Positions 24,001 to 34,452 of a stretch of 64,000 bases of DNA are shown in pieces. Made by a program: the position numbers and the translations under genes. The notes under the pieces were generated by a model, which had not been told where the DNA came from, ran no database searches, and worked only from the letters and a program-made list of their open reading frames with translations. Positions within the stretch are counted from its first letter, which is position 1; every line of letters begins with the position of its first letter. The stretch is from Pelagomonas calceolata (taxonomy: Eukaryota). The stretch spans positions 5,270,001 to 5,334,000 of the forward strand of contig CAKKNE010000002.1 of NCBI GenBank assembly GCA_918797485.1, read 5' to 3'.

Positions 24001-26053
24001 CTGACAACACCTTGCACGGACGGGCAGCCGACCTCCTCCCCGAAGGCCTCCTCGATGTCCTTGAGGGCGCCTTTCAGCTTCGTCTTGTCCTTCGCTACCA
24101 GAAATTCGCGCTTGGGCTTGCCCTCTACGACCCGTTGCGTAAACCCGCACGCCTGTATGAGTTCGAGGCCGCCCCGCAACTTGCCTAATTTCGAGGCATA
24201 GAGCGGGTCTTCCGTACAAACTCGTCCCGCAGACTTGGCGTTGCCGTTCAGCGCTTCTTGCACGAGTTTGGCCGCATACGTGGCCGCACCGCGCACCTCG
24301 GCCGGTGAATGAGACAGCCTTAATTGGGCCATGGCCGACGCGACGGTGGCGTCCGCACTCGCAGCGGCTTCGATGAGGTGGCCGGCGTTCGCGAAGAACT
24401 CGGCCAGCGAGAAGGGAGGGGGCCCCTCCGGGCTCCGGTCGCGCTTGCCCTTCGGGGACCGACTCCGGGAACGAGAGCGCGAGCGGTCCTTCTTTTTGGA
24501 CTTTTTGGCCTTTTTGTCCTTCTTGCCCTTCGTGCCCTCATCACTGTCCTTCTTCTCGCCCTTGAAACTGCGCAACACTTCCTCGCGTAACTCTTTGAGG
24601 CCCTTGATCCCGGCCGCGTCGAGCAGTCGCGACGCCTCGTCGGCGCCCAACTGGCCTTCGTCGTCCACATCGGCTGCTTCGAACTCATCTCTAACTTTCC
24701 GCACGGCCTCTTGGACGGAAGCAGGCCGTCCCACGCACAGCCGTCGCACCAACCCCGCATGCTGCAGGGGCGTGCCTTCCCACCGTTGTTCCGCATAAAT
24801 CATCGAAGCCACCTCCGACAAGCTTCTTAAACAGCCGTCGGCGCCCTCGATGGCTTTGCCCGGTGGTTTCAGCAGCGACATCGTCTGGCCGAGTTGATCG
24901 TCGTCTGAAGGCATGATGCCATCTTTAATAAACAGGGCGTGGTAGGCGCCCACGACTTCCGGGAAGGACAAGAAATCGTCCGGTAAGACACCGCTATCTC
25001 TCAAACACTGCGCAAATCGAGACGGTGCGACGTCATACCCACAGTCCCGGAAGACTAACCGAGCATCTCTGGCGGGTACGCCTGACCGGACTTGGCCTAG
25101 GACATCAATCGCACCTCTAGTCGTCGCGTGGGGCGCCGCTCGGCGCTTGAACGCCTGCTCGAGCTCCAACAGTCTCTTGCGACCAAGCGTCCGGGCCCAC
25201 TCGCTCACTATCGAGTTCTCGTCCGCAAACAGGGCCGGCTCCGTCCCAGGATCCCGTTCCCGCACGTCGTTCGCCACGGACTGCAGCGAGGGGTTGTGGA
25301 AGATACCTGCGCGGAGCATCGCGGTTCACTCGACTCGGTCCGAACGGCCTCAAAATCAAAAAATACACCCACTTCCATCATTCCTGGAGACGAGTCGCGT
25401 CGATGGCTCGAAGGCGTCTCTACACGACGGGACGCCGCGAGCGCACCCGCGAAGCATTTCACGAATTCCACGAATGACAAAGTTCTTCTAGTACGCACTC
25501 TAGAAGATCTAGTGCGCAGCCACGCTAGGATGTCTTTGCGCGAGGCGACGCGTCGCAACGACGTAAAGGCCGTGAGGACATCATCCACGTCGAGCTCGCC
25601 CTCCTTCATCGAGTCCGCGTCACCGAAGGCATCTTTCAATCCTTTGACGAGCTCCTGGCCGAGGAGCTCCTCGATGCCTCGGACTTCATCTTTCTTCATG
25701 CTTGTCGTCTGTTTAGGTTCTTTCCCGACCTTGCCTCTCCTTAAATGGTTGTCTCTCGCCAAACTCTCGAGGCAGTCCCAGCTCGACGCGCGCTTCATGG
25801 CTTGTTGTTTGGGCATCCGCAGCCGTTCTTCGGGCACGTTCTCGAGCTCCGTGCCATCATCCAATATTAAATCGACCTCGCCGTCCCTGCCTATTCTCTG
25901 TACTTTTCCAGGCAGCCACTTGCCCATGAGCAGCGCCTCGCAGGGCTGGCCCTGGTCCGCATTGTAGTTGTTTTCTTCTGGCGACTTGCTTCTGCTGCGG
26001 TCGTCGCGCCGCCGCGGCGACCTAGACCGACTCCTGCTCCTCTCTCGGGGCAT
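15075..26053 (-). CDS. Giant multidomain protein (~3612 aa): RS region, Tudor-like, EF-hands, several PUB domains, WD40 repeats, pseudokinase, ARM/HEAT-like C-terminus; exons 26053-25447 and 25306-15075
   Basis: A 140-bp GT-AG intron 25446-25307 joins ORFs 25208-26053 and 15075-25319 in phase 1 (KCFAGIFHN). Motifs: EF loops DVDGDDYI and DLDQDGAV, PUB-type NVL..P.....R...GG..LL..GF, WD motifs SADASIRIW and SADGAIKLWD, kinase C-lobe PPE, DSWGLG, PDPSERP. Confidence 0.8.
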
Positions 26054-26298
26054 GGCTGTGAGTCGTGCAAAAGCTGCCCCGGCCGCACCGCTGCACTCAC
26101 GGTACCGTGCGCCGGTTGTACGGCTGCCGGTCCTTGGTTACGGCCGCGCTCGGCACGCACCGCGTCCTGCAGCACCGGTTAGCAGCTCGAATTTAGCTGA
26201 AATTAAGCTAGTGAAGGAGGCGTCCTCCGGGGCCCCGGCCGGCGTCGAGAGCGCTCCGGAACGGATGGCAGACGTCCAGCGGACTCGACGCTAACGTG

Positions 26299-26480
26299 CG
26301 GGTCGCGCCTGGACTAGCGCCGAGGCCAGCGTCGGGGCTGCCTAATTACTACGCCGTGCGCGCCGCAGCGACGTACGGGTCGCCTGGACTCCGCCTGCCT
26401 CAGCCGGTGTCGGGGGCTGCCTGATTATCACGCCGTCCGCGCGCCACAGCGCCAGCATCGGGCCTGCCTAAGGACTGCCC
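26299..26480. repeat. About 2.5 imperfect tandem copies of a ~75-80 bp unit in a divergent promoter
   Basis: CGGGTCGC..CTGGACT...GTCGGGGCTGCCT.ATTA..ACGCCGT.CGCGCC occurs twice, with a third partial copy. Confidence 0.55.
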
Positions 26481-26514
26481 AAACCACGCCGCCAGCGCGC
26501 GGTATCAACCAACC

Positions 26515-27861
26515 ATGGCCCTCCAGCCTTTCATGGACGCTCCAGCCGACGAGGCCCCGCCCTACAAGCTCGTCGACATCCTGCCCATGGCCTACCCCAA
26601 GGGCCAGGCGCCGGTCTGCGAGATGACCGGGTTGCCTGCCAAAATAAAGTGTGAAACGGAGCACATTACATTATTCTACAATAACCGGGAGACGGCCGAA
26701 GAAAGCTGGCACGGCATCATGGGCAAGATCGCGCCGTTGCTAGGACCTCTGAGAAGCCCGCCGAACGTCATCGGGAGCGAGGAGGATCGCAGGAAACGCG
26801 AGTACACGCTGGACCTCTCGAAGAAAGCCCTCGTGGACCTCTGCGGCCAGGAGGCGGACAAGTTCTTGGTTGCCGGGCGGTTCGAGCTCGCGCTACCGGG
26901 CGCGCAACAGGAGATGAAGTTTCTTACGGAGTTGTACGGGGACGGTGCCGTGGAATTGGTTGCGGCCTATCTGAGGATGGCCGAGGCGAACGTGGGCCTG
27001 GCGCGCTACCAGCAGGCCGAACAATTTTTGTCTATGGCCAACTGGAGCATTCTCAAGAACCCCGACGCCTCGAATGCGCTGCGGTCGAAGCTCCATAGGA
27101 ACTTCGGGAAGGTGTACGCCGCGCGCGGGAAGTTGGATGAAGCCTTGGATGAGCTCGCGAAAGATATCTATTGTAGCTCGTTGGCTTCGGGACCGGAGCA
27201 CGTCGATGCGTCCCCGGGCTATTTCCACGCGGCGTCCGTGTTCTACGCGCAGCATCGCATCGAGCACGCTTTGGCTTTTTACGATAAGGTGGTGGATGCG
27301 TGGTACAAGTTTTTGGTCCAGTGTCGAAGTGACCCGGACGTCGGTCGGGATGTGGGCGAAGCGGCGCGCCGGGAGGCCGTGGACATGCTGCGACGCGTGT
27401 TGGCGACGCGCGCCAAGTTGCTGGGAGATGCTCATGTAGCCACGGGAGAAGCGAAGTACGCGCTAGGGCTGCTCCATCTCTTCAACGGCACGGATCTCAA
27501 CGAAGCTCGCGAATTAGTGAAAGACGCGGCCCAGACCTACAGTAAACATCTGGGCCCTGATCATGAGAAAACAAAAGATGTGGTAGATGTTCTACAACGT
27601 ATCCCGGCGGAGACGCCCATGGAGAGCGCGCCCGACACCGCGGCCGCCGTCGCGCCGTCGACGGCGGGCCACAGTCTACCCTCGACGGCCGGCAACCTGG
27701 GCCGGACTCCCGACGACTTCGCCTCCGCTTTCCCCTTCCCGGCGGACATGAAGCGCGCCGCGACGCAGTCGCCGATCCCGCTCCCGCCGACGGGCGGGCG
27801 CCAGCGGTCCTCGGGCTTCGACCCCATGACGCCTTCTTCGGCCGGGCTTGCTGCGTCTTAA
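26515..27861 (+). CDS. ZMYND12-like TPR protein (degenerate MYND finger), probably cilia-associated
   Basis: PKG...CE....PA...C....LFY...W.GI..KI..LL..LR N-terminus followed by TPR-like helices (LVAAYLRMAEAN.GL, KLHRNFGK). Confidence 0.7.
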   Translation: MALQPFMDAPADEAPPYKLVDILPMAYPKGQAPVCEMTGLPAKIKCETEHITLFYNNRETAEESWHGIMGKIAPLLGPLRSPPNVIGSEEDRRKREYTLDLSKKALVDLCGQEADKFLVAGRFELALPGAQQEMKFLTELYGDGAVELVAAYLRMAEANVGLARYQQAEQFLSMANWSILKNPDASNALRSKLHRNFGKVYAARGKLDEALDELAKDIYCSSLASGPEHVDASPGYFHAASVFYAQHRIEHALAFYDKVVDAWYKFLVQCRSDPDVGRDVGEAARREAVDMLRRVLATRAKLLGDAHVATGEAKYALGLLHLFNGTDLNEARELVKDAAQTYSKHLGPDHEKTKDVVDVLQRIPAETPMESAPDTAAAVAPSTAGHSLPSTAGNLGRTPDDFASAFPFPADMKRAATQSPIPLPPTGGRQRSSGFDPMTPSSAGLAAS

Positions 27862-28144
27862 GGTGCCCTATTTTGACTTTGTAGTGTTGTGTCCACGCGG
27901 CTGTACTCGTAGAAGGACACTTCGCGACGCATGGAAAAAAACTTTCTAGTGTATCTCGAGGCACGCTAGGTAGTTATTTTCATCGACTCAGAGACGGCAT
28001 TGCAGTGGCATAGTGCCATTCGCATCTGTAGAATTGCACCAGAAGCGTTGTCTCGCATCGCTTCTCGCGCTGCAGTACTCGCCCGGCGCGTGCTGCACTC
28101 ATTGTGTTGCATCAACCTCACTGACTCTAAGAGCACTGCAAGCG

Positions 28145-28885
28145 ATGCATCGCCTATCCTTGCTCCTCACCAGCGCAGCGGCGCTCGTGCCGCAACGTAC
28201 AACTCAAAGATTGCAACCTTTGAATAATGACGTCATCGATGTAAGCGAAAGCGCGGTCGTCGAGCGGCTCGAGAACTCGCCCTACCCTTCCTTAGTGGAA
28301 AAGGTCGAGCTCTTCCTCGAAAAGCCTCTGAGTGGAGAGAACCAGTACCTCGTGAAGGGGAGATACGAAGCGCCAGGAGCCGCTGTTTTATATTGTTTTG
28401 ATGAGATCCGCGCGCAAGCGAAGGACAACCTCGCGGAGCCGGGCTTCCGACCGGGAGAGATCCCGCCCTGGATCAAGACGCAGATGGTCGAATTTTCATT
28501 AACGTCGGTGATGGAGGACGTCCTCAAGTACGGGGTCGAGTGTGATGGTATGTCGATTCTCGACGATACCGGTAACGGCGAAGATTTGATCCGGTGGGAC
28601 GAGGAGCCCGAGAAGGAAAGTAAGACCTACGTCCTGGGCGCGCCGTACGTGTTTCATGCGGCCTTCAACGCCACGCTACCGGAAGCTCCGGTCCTCGGCG
28701 AGGCGGTGACCATAGAACAGCTCTACAAGTTGGACGACGCCGCGGCCGCGCGCGCGGCCAAGGTCCTGGCGAACAAGGGCAAGGTGCCGAACCTGATGAG
28801 CGTGTCGTCTTCGGGGGGTGGCACGAAAAAGAAGAAGACCTCTGCCAAGAAGAAGAAGGGCGGGAAGGGTAAGAAGAAGCGATAG
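28145..28885 (+). CDS. Plastid-targeted trigger-factor ribosome-binding-domain-like protein
   Basis: Signal peptide MHRLSLLLTSAAAL, PGFRPGEIP matching the GFRxGxxP signature, Lys-rich tail. Confidence 0.6.
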   Translation: MHRLSLLLTSAAALVPQRTTQRLQPLNNDVIDVSESAVVERLENSPYPSLVEKVELFLEKPLSGENQYLVKGRYEAPGAAVLYCFDEIRAQAKDNLAEPGFRPGEIPPWIKTQMVEFSLTSVMEDVLKYGVECDGMSILDDTGNGEDLIRWDEEPEKESKTYVLGAPYVFHAAFNATLPEAPVLGEAVTIEQLYKLDDAAAARAAKVLANKGKVPNLMSVSSSGGGTKKKKTSAKKKKGGKGKKKR

Positions 28886-28978
28886 ACCACCACCGTAGTG
28901 TGCGGGTAGTGCTCGCTGGTCGGGCCGCAGGCCACTAGGAATCGGCTGTCCCCTGCCAGTGCCATCGTTCACAATTTG

Positions 28979-29389
28979 ATGCTGTCTGAGTGTCTGGCCG
29001 TCCGCAACGCGATGGTATTGTACACACCTACCCGCACGCCGCCGCGGCGCGACGCGCTCCAAGCTGCCGTCGACGCGGCGGACAAGGGCAGCGCCATCCG
29101 CCGGCGGGCAGCTGAGGCGGCGGCCACAGCGGGCGCGCTACGCATCCGCGAGCGCAAGCTGGAACAGGATCGCGAGGAGGCGCGTGACACCGCGCTCGGC
29201 GAGTACACGCGACGAGGCTACGAGCCGCCGAGCGACCGCCGCGCGGCCGAGACGCGTGCCCTCTCGTTCTCCTCCTCGTCGTCGGACGACGCGGACTACG
29301 CGCCCGGGGAGATTCCCGAGGCCGCCGCGGCGGAGCCGTCGCAGAGTTGGCTCCAGCTGATCTGCCCCTGGGCGCCCTGGCGGCAGTAG
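28979..29389 (+). CDS. Hypothetical protein
   Basis: Short GC3-rich ORF between two genes; no family recognised. Confidence 0.35.
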   Translation: MLSECLAVRNAMVLYTPTRTPPRRDALQAAVDAADKGSAIRRRAAEAAATAGALRIRERKLEQDREEARDTALGEYTRRGYEPPSDRRAAETRALSFSSSSSDDADYAPGEIPEAAAAEPSQSWLQLICPWAPWRQ

Positions 29390-29508
29390 GGCGGCCGGCG
29401 CACGTAAGTACACGCCTCGCAGAACGCTAACATATCCCGTCGAACATATATCCCGCCGACAGGATATGTTAAGCGCGCTTGCCGGCGGTTGAGGGGTGGG
29501 CACAGGTA

Positions 29509-30573
29509 CTAAAACTTAAACTCCTCGGGGGAGGGGCTAAACTCCTCGGGGGGGAGGGGCACGCGCCCCCAGCCATAGGCCACAACCGCCCCCACGACGG
29601 CCAGCCAGATCATGCCCGCGGCCGGCACCGCCGCAGCAGATGAGCTGAGGTGCTCGCGCGCCAGCACGGCCGCGAGCGTCGGGCTCTTGACGAGCGTCTC
29701 GATGGCCACGGTGCGCGGCGCCGCTCCTCTCAAACCCGACGTCTTTGCGAGCGCGAGGGCGAGAGCTGCGGCGAGGAGAGGCATCGCGACCACGCCGACG
29801 TGCGCGCGCCACGACGACACGCCGTACGCCGCCGCCGCGCCGCCGGCGACGAGGAGTGAGGTGGAGACGATGCCCGCCGGCGCGCATAAAGGTTTCAAAC
29901 GCTTCGCGACGCGCGGAAAAAGCGCCGCGGTCAGGACGCCGGCACCGAGCGGCGCGAGAACGAGGCTCGCCGTCGACGCGAGGATCGCTCCGCCGTCGAC
30001 GGCGATGGTCGACCGCAGGAGCCGCGACGCGAGGAACGGCGTGGCCACGCACCCGAGGAGCGTCGTCGACGTCGTGAGCACGACGCTCAGCGCCGCGTCG
30101 CCGCCGCCCAGCAACGCGCAGAGGTTCGACGCCTGGCCGCCGCTCACGCAGCCGAGGAGGAGGAGTCCCGCCCGGGCGTCTGATTCTAGTCGCAGCGCAG
30201 TCGCGCAGGCTATTGAGGCCAGAGGCGCGACCGCGAAGCAGCACACCGCATTCATGAGGAGCGCCCGCGGGGATTTAGCTGCTCGTTTCAGGTCCTTCGG
30301 TGTTAATGTCAGGCCCATGGACACCATGAGCAGGGCCAGGCCGCGCCGGAACGCGGCTTTCGTCCCGAGCGTGGCGGCGACGCTCTGGGGCGCCGCGCGG
30401 CCGAGGGCCGCCGCGGCGACGGTCAGGACCGGGAAGGTCAGGGCGACGCGATTCGTATGTGCGTCGTCTGGTGCTGGCGTGGTGACGGCGCGGTGCCTGA
30501 TCCGCAGCGGTCGCGTCGGCGGCGCGCGGAGCGCTTGCGTTTGTGCTGCGAGGAGCAGGAGGAGGCGTAGCAT
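29509..30573 (-). CDS. Bile acid:sodium symporter (BASS/SBF) family transporter, likely plastid
   Basis: MGLTL, GLLLLGC..GGQASN, GDAALSV.LT..TTL motifs, multiple TM helices, signal peptide. Confidence 0.88.
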   Translation of the reverse strand: MLRLLLLLAAQTQALRAPPTRPLRIRHRAVTTPAPDDAHTNRVALTFPVLTVAAAALGRAAPQSVAATLGTKAAFRRGLALLMVSMGLTLTPKDLKRAAKSPRALLMNAVCCFAVAPLASIACATALRLESDARAGLLLLGCVSGGQASNLCALLGGGDAALSVVLTTSTTLLGCVATPFLASRLLRSTIAVDGGAILASTASLVLAPLGAGVLTAALFPRVAKRLKPLCAPAGIVSTSLLVAGGAAAAYGVSSWRAHVGVVAMPLLAAALALALAKTSGLRGAAPRTVAIETLVKSPTLAAVLAREHLSSSAAAVPAAGMIWLAVVGAVVAYGWGRVPLPPEEFSPSPEEFKF

Positions 30574-30991
30574 CGTGTTGCCGGAGACCTTCCTTCAGCC
30601 AGGTCAGTCACGCCTCGTCGTGCGCGATGGCCGGTGCCAGTGCCAGACTCCTGCACTATCTGTGCTCTGCAAAGCGCGCGTCTGCGTGATAACTGCGCGG
30701 CAGCACAATTTCCAGTCGTTCCGTAGAGTGCGGCGCTGCTCTCAAATCCAGCCGTTCGGGTGCTGCGCGGTGGAGTAGGCGATTTAGTCACGCTGCTCTC
30801 GCAGACCTCACGGAGAGGAGTCGCGGCAAGCGAGCGCTGGGCAAGCGCCAGCGTCGCAGGACTCAACAGGGCGTCGCACGACTGCAAAAAAGGAGCGCTG
30901 CTCGATCCAGAACCCACGGCACGCCGCCGCGGCAGCACTGACAACCTCCCAAACACAGCCAGTGCTGGTGCGACACGAAGACGTTGTCGAA

Positions 30992-31633
30992 ATGCGGCGT
31001 GCGGCCACGCACGTAAGACGCGTCATCCGCACCTACGCAACGAAGCGGTCGCCCTACGCCGTCCTCGGATTGGACCGCGGCGCGTCCGAGCGCGAAATCA
31101 AGAATAAGTTTAGAGCGCTCGCGAAGGCGCTGCACCCGGACACGCGCTCTCCAGATGCGGCCGGTGATTTGGGGGAGGTGCTCGAGGCGTACGCTTCATT
31201 GACTGACAGGCACTTCGACGCGTCCGATCTGGTGGCGGCCTCGGTCGAGATCTTTTCGATCGAGGAGCTGCGAAGCGACGAGCGGCACGACGTCCACGAC
31301 GTCCATCTGGTGCTTGCGTTGGATTTGTTGGACGGGGACGGTGCGGCCGAGGTTGGTTCGGACGAAGACGAGACGCGCGCGGTCGTCGAGGCCGACGGGC
31401 GCGTCGCCATCCATTGCGCCGAGTGGGACGCGATCTCAGACGTCAAGCGCGCGCTCGAGGCGCGGTTTTCCGAAGCGTGGGACTTAACGGGCCGGCCGCG
31501 CGACCGCGACGGGTGCTTCGCCGGCTGGGAGCTCGTCTCCGGCGAGACGCCGCTGGGGCCGCACTTCTTCGTGGGGGACTACGGGCTGAAGCGCGGCGAT
31601 ATTGTGCATGCCGTCGTGCGGCGGCGGGGGTAA
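30992..31633 (+). CDS. DnaJ-domain protein with possible C-terminal ubiquitin-like fold
   Basis: PYAVLGL...EIK..FR.LA..LHPD J-domain; C-terminus ISDVKRAL...DYGLKRGDIVHAVVR is Ubl-like. Confidence 0.75.
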   Translation: MRRAATHVRRVIRTYATKRSPYAVLGLDRGASEREIKNKFRALAKALHPDTRSPDAAGDLGEVLEAYASLTDRHFDASDLVAASVEIFSIEELRSDERHDVHDVHLVLALDLLDGDGAAEVGSDEDETRAVVEADGRVAIHCAEWDAISDVKRALEARFSEAWDLTGRPRDRDGCFAGWELVSGETPLGPHFFVGDYGLKRGDIVHAVVRRRG

Positions 31634-31790
31634 GTTTGTGTGGTTGTTGTCTTCATTCAAGTTGACTCGCTAGGCGGCTAAGCAGAGAAACAGGAGTCGA
31701 AAGAAATATGGGTATTACAGCGGGACGAGCTCCGACTGCGCTAAAACAACGCGGGGCTCGAAATCCTTTGTTCTTCGCGGGCGAACACGC

Positions 31791-32426
31791 TTAGTTGTGC
31801 GTGATCGGGTAGAAGAAGTGGTGGTCGCACGAGTCGACGCACGAGTGGCACATGGCGCCGAACGTGCCGAGCATGGCCGCGCGGCCGTTCTGGAGCTCGC
31901 ACGTGAGGGCGCGGTTGCGCGCCGTGACGTCCTCGATCTGCGTCGTGAACGGGTAGCCGCCCGGGATGGTGCCGACGGAGCCGTCGTAGCCGCCCGGGAG
32001 GTTCTGCGGGCCGCCCGTGTACTGGGCCGCGGGCATGGCGCCGATCTCGGCGAAGCCGGCGAAGGCGACGATCTGGAAGAGGCCGAACGTCGGGATGTTG
32101 GCGACCGCCGGGAAGCCCATGCCGTCCTTGAGGATGTCCGAGAACTGCACCGAGCCATCGAGGTTGATGGAGCCCGGGAAGGTGATGCCCAGCTCCTGGA
32201 CCATCATGCCGAGGAACGCCATCATGGAGATGCGGCCGTGCTTGATCTCGACGGCGCGGCGGCGGGCGAGGCCCTCCTGGTCGTCCCAGAACGGGCCGGA
32301 GGGGTCGATCGGCCCGGGGTCGACGCCGATGTCGCCCTTGACGACGACCTTGGAGGCGGCCTGCTGGCCGGGGGCCACGAAGGCGACGGCCGGGGCGGCG
32401 AGGAGGGCGAGAGCGAGCTTGGCCAT
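31791..32426 (-). CDS. LHC/FCP cluster gene A (211 aa)
   Basis: AVAF presequence, EIKHGRISM, ELQNGRAAM; same protein as genes C and D. Confidence 0.93.
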   Translation of the reverse strand: MAKLALALLAAPAVAFVAPGQQAASKVVVKGDIGVDPGPIDPSGPFWDDQEGLARRRAVEIKHGRISMMAFLGMMVQELGITFPGSINLDGSVQFSDILKDGMGFPAVANIPTFGLFQIVAFAGFAEIGAMPAAQYTGGPQNLPGGYDGSVGTIPGGYPFTTQIEDVTARNRALTCELQNGRAAMLGTFGAMCHSCVDSCDHHFFYPITHN

Positions 32427-33347
32427 TTTAGATTGTTTGTCTGCGTTGGGACAAGCGGTGAGGTCGTGTGCTAGGTCGCGCGCAGCGGGTGAGTGCGAAA
32501 CGCGCGTGTGCAGCGGCGCGATCATCGCCCTGGGCACTTGTTTGCAACAAGCGCAGCCCCGCGGCGCGCGTTTTGCACGCGCATTGGCGGGCAGGCTCCG
32601 GGGGGTGGCGGGACGCTTTTGCACCGGCTGCGCTGTTGATTGATGCGAAAATGCATTGACGCGGGCGCGCACAAAGTTTTGATCGAAGATGATCAGATGA
32701 GATCTAGAAGCCACGCAAGCACTTAGCGGCTCACCGGCGCCCCGGGCGTCACTGCCGTTTTCGCACGATCATGGAGCCGTCTCCCTGATTGTAGGGATCC
32801 GTCGGCGGCGTGGGACGACGTCCCGGGTTGTTGGAGGCAACGCGCGACCGCGGCGGCGCGGACCCTGCGTGTAATTTGTGTTGCACTACTCGTCGCGGCC
32901 ATGTTTTACGGCGTGGACCGAGACCCCTCGCGCCCGGGACGCGTCCTAGTATGTCTCACACTAAAAAGCCGATCTAGAATCGATAGATTTGCAACGTGCC
33001 CATCCGCGTCGCATACGCAACGCGCGCTCGCAGGAGTCGCGCTGCAGCTTCTTCAACTTGATATCGTGCGGCGCAGCGAGTTTCGCGGCTTGCGGCGTCG
33101 TTTGGGCAGAGCTAGCAAATCTCTGCCGCGGCAAGTTGCGACATTGCTGCCGCGCGAGCCCGAAGGCTGCCGCGCGCGTGCGCATTGGCACCGCGGCAAC
33201 CGCCCCGGGGTCCGTGCGAGCGCTCGCTGCCAAAGAGCGCTCTCGAACTCTCCGCGCCGCGCGCCGCGCCTCGCAACCCGACGAGAGCCTCAAAAAGACG
33301 CGATCCGCTCTAACGCCCACACCGTCCGCAGACACCAACTCATCAAA

Positions 33348-34066
33348 ATGGCCAAGCTCGCTCTCGCCCTCCTCGCCGCCCCGGCCGTCGCCTTCGTGGC
33401 GCCCGGCCAGCAGGCCGCCTCCAAGGTCGTCGTCAAGGGCGACATCGGCGTCGACCCCGGGCCGATCACCCCGGGCGGCTTCATGTTCGAGGACACGGAG
33501 GGCCTCGCCCGCCGCCGCGCCGTCGAGATCAAGCACGGCCGCATCTCCATGATGGCGTTCCTCGGCATGATGGTCCAGGAGCTCGGCATCACCTTCCCCG
33601 GCTCCATGACCCTTGACGGCCCGGCGCCGCGTCCGCGAGCGTCGCCTTCACGCGTCGATGACGTTCTCTCGACCACCCGCCTCACCGCTTATATCACGCA
33701 GGCTCCGTCCAGTTCTCGGACATCCTCAAGGACGGCATGGGCTTCGCGGCGCTCGCCAACGTGCCCACGCTCGGCCTCGTCCAGATCCTCGCGTTCGGCG
33801 GCATCGCCGAGACCGTCGCCATGCCGGCGTCGCAGTACACGGGCGGCCCGCAGGACCTCCCGGGCGGCTACGACGGCTCGGCGGGCACGATCCCCGGTGG
33901 CTACCCGTTCACGGAGCAGATCACGGACGTCACGGCGCGCAACCGCGCCCTCACGTGCGAGCTCCAGAACGGCCGCGCGGCCATGCTCGGCACGTTCGGC
34001 GCCATGTGCCACTCCATGGTCGACTCGTGCGACCACCACTTCTTCTACCCGATCACGCACAACTAA
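33348..34066 (+). CDS. LHC/FCP cluster gene B (divergent paralog); exons 33348-33618 and 33702-34066
   Basis: Removing the 83-bp GC-AG intron 33619-33701 gives 636 nt, colinear with the paralogs (TLDGSVQF). Confidence 0.9.
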
Positions 34067-34452
34067 GCTGCGCCGTCGCTGGGGACTCCGAGCTCGGTGC
34101 ATGTCGTGCGCTTATGGACGCTCGTCTAATTAAATTTAATCGTCACCGTGACGCCGGTCTCAGACTCGAGCTAGTTCCTGCGTTCGTCTCGACGCGTTGG
34201 CGGCGCTGTGCCCTCCTCGAGGTGTCGCGTCGATGGCGTAGAAGTGGCTTGAACCGTCTCCTCCACGCCATCGAGCAGGCGCAGCGCCAGGGACCTCGTC
34301 GCGTCGACGGCGTGGGGGCGCCACGGGTCGATCCTCTCGAGAGGCGAGGGCAGATTCTAGGTTGCTTTTCTCTACACCTTACACAGGGATGAGCGTCCGT
34401 AAATCTCCGTCGAGACCGAGCTCAGAATCCGTGATAGCCATCGAGCGCGCGC

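Noticed and set aside
29512..29557. 21-bp duplication at the BASS C-terminus (PEEF twice)
   Set aside because: A small local slippage with no evident significance.
32901..34392. Long ORFs 32901-34133 and 33613-34392 as separate genes
   Set aside because: Both are explained by LHC gene B plus its intron and GC-rich off-frame read-through.
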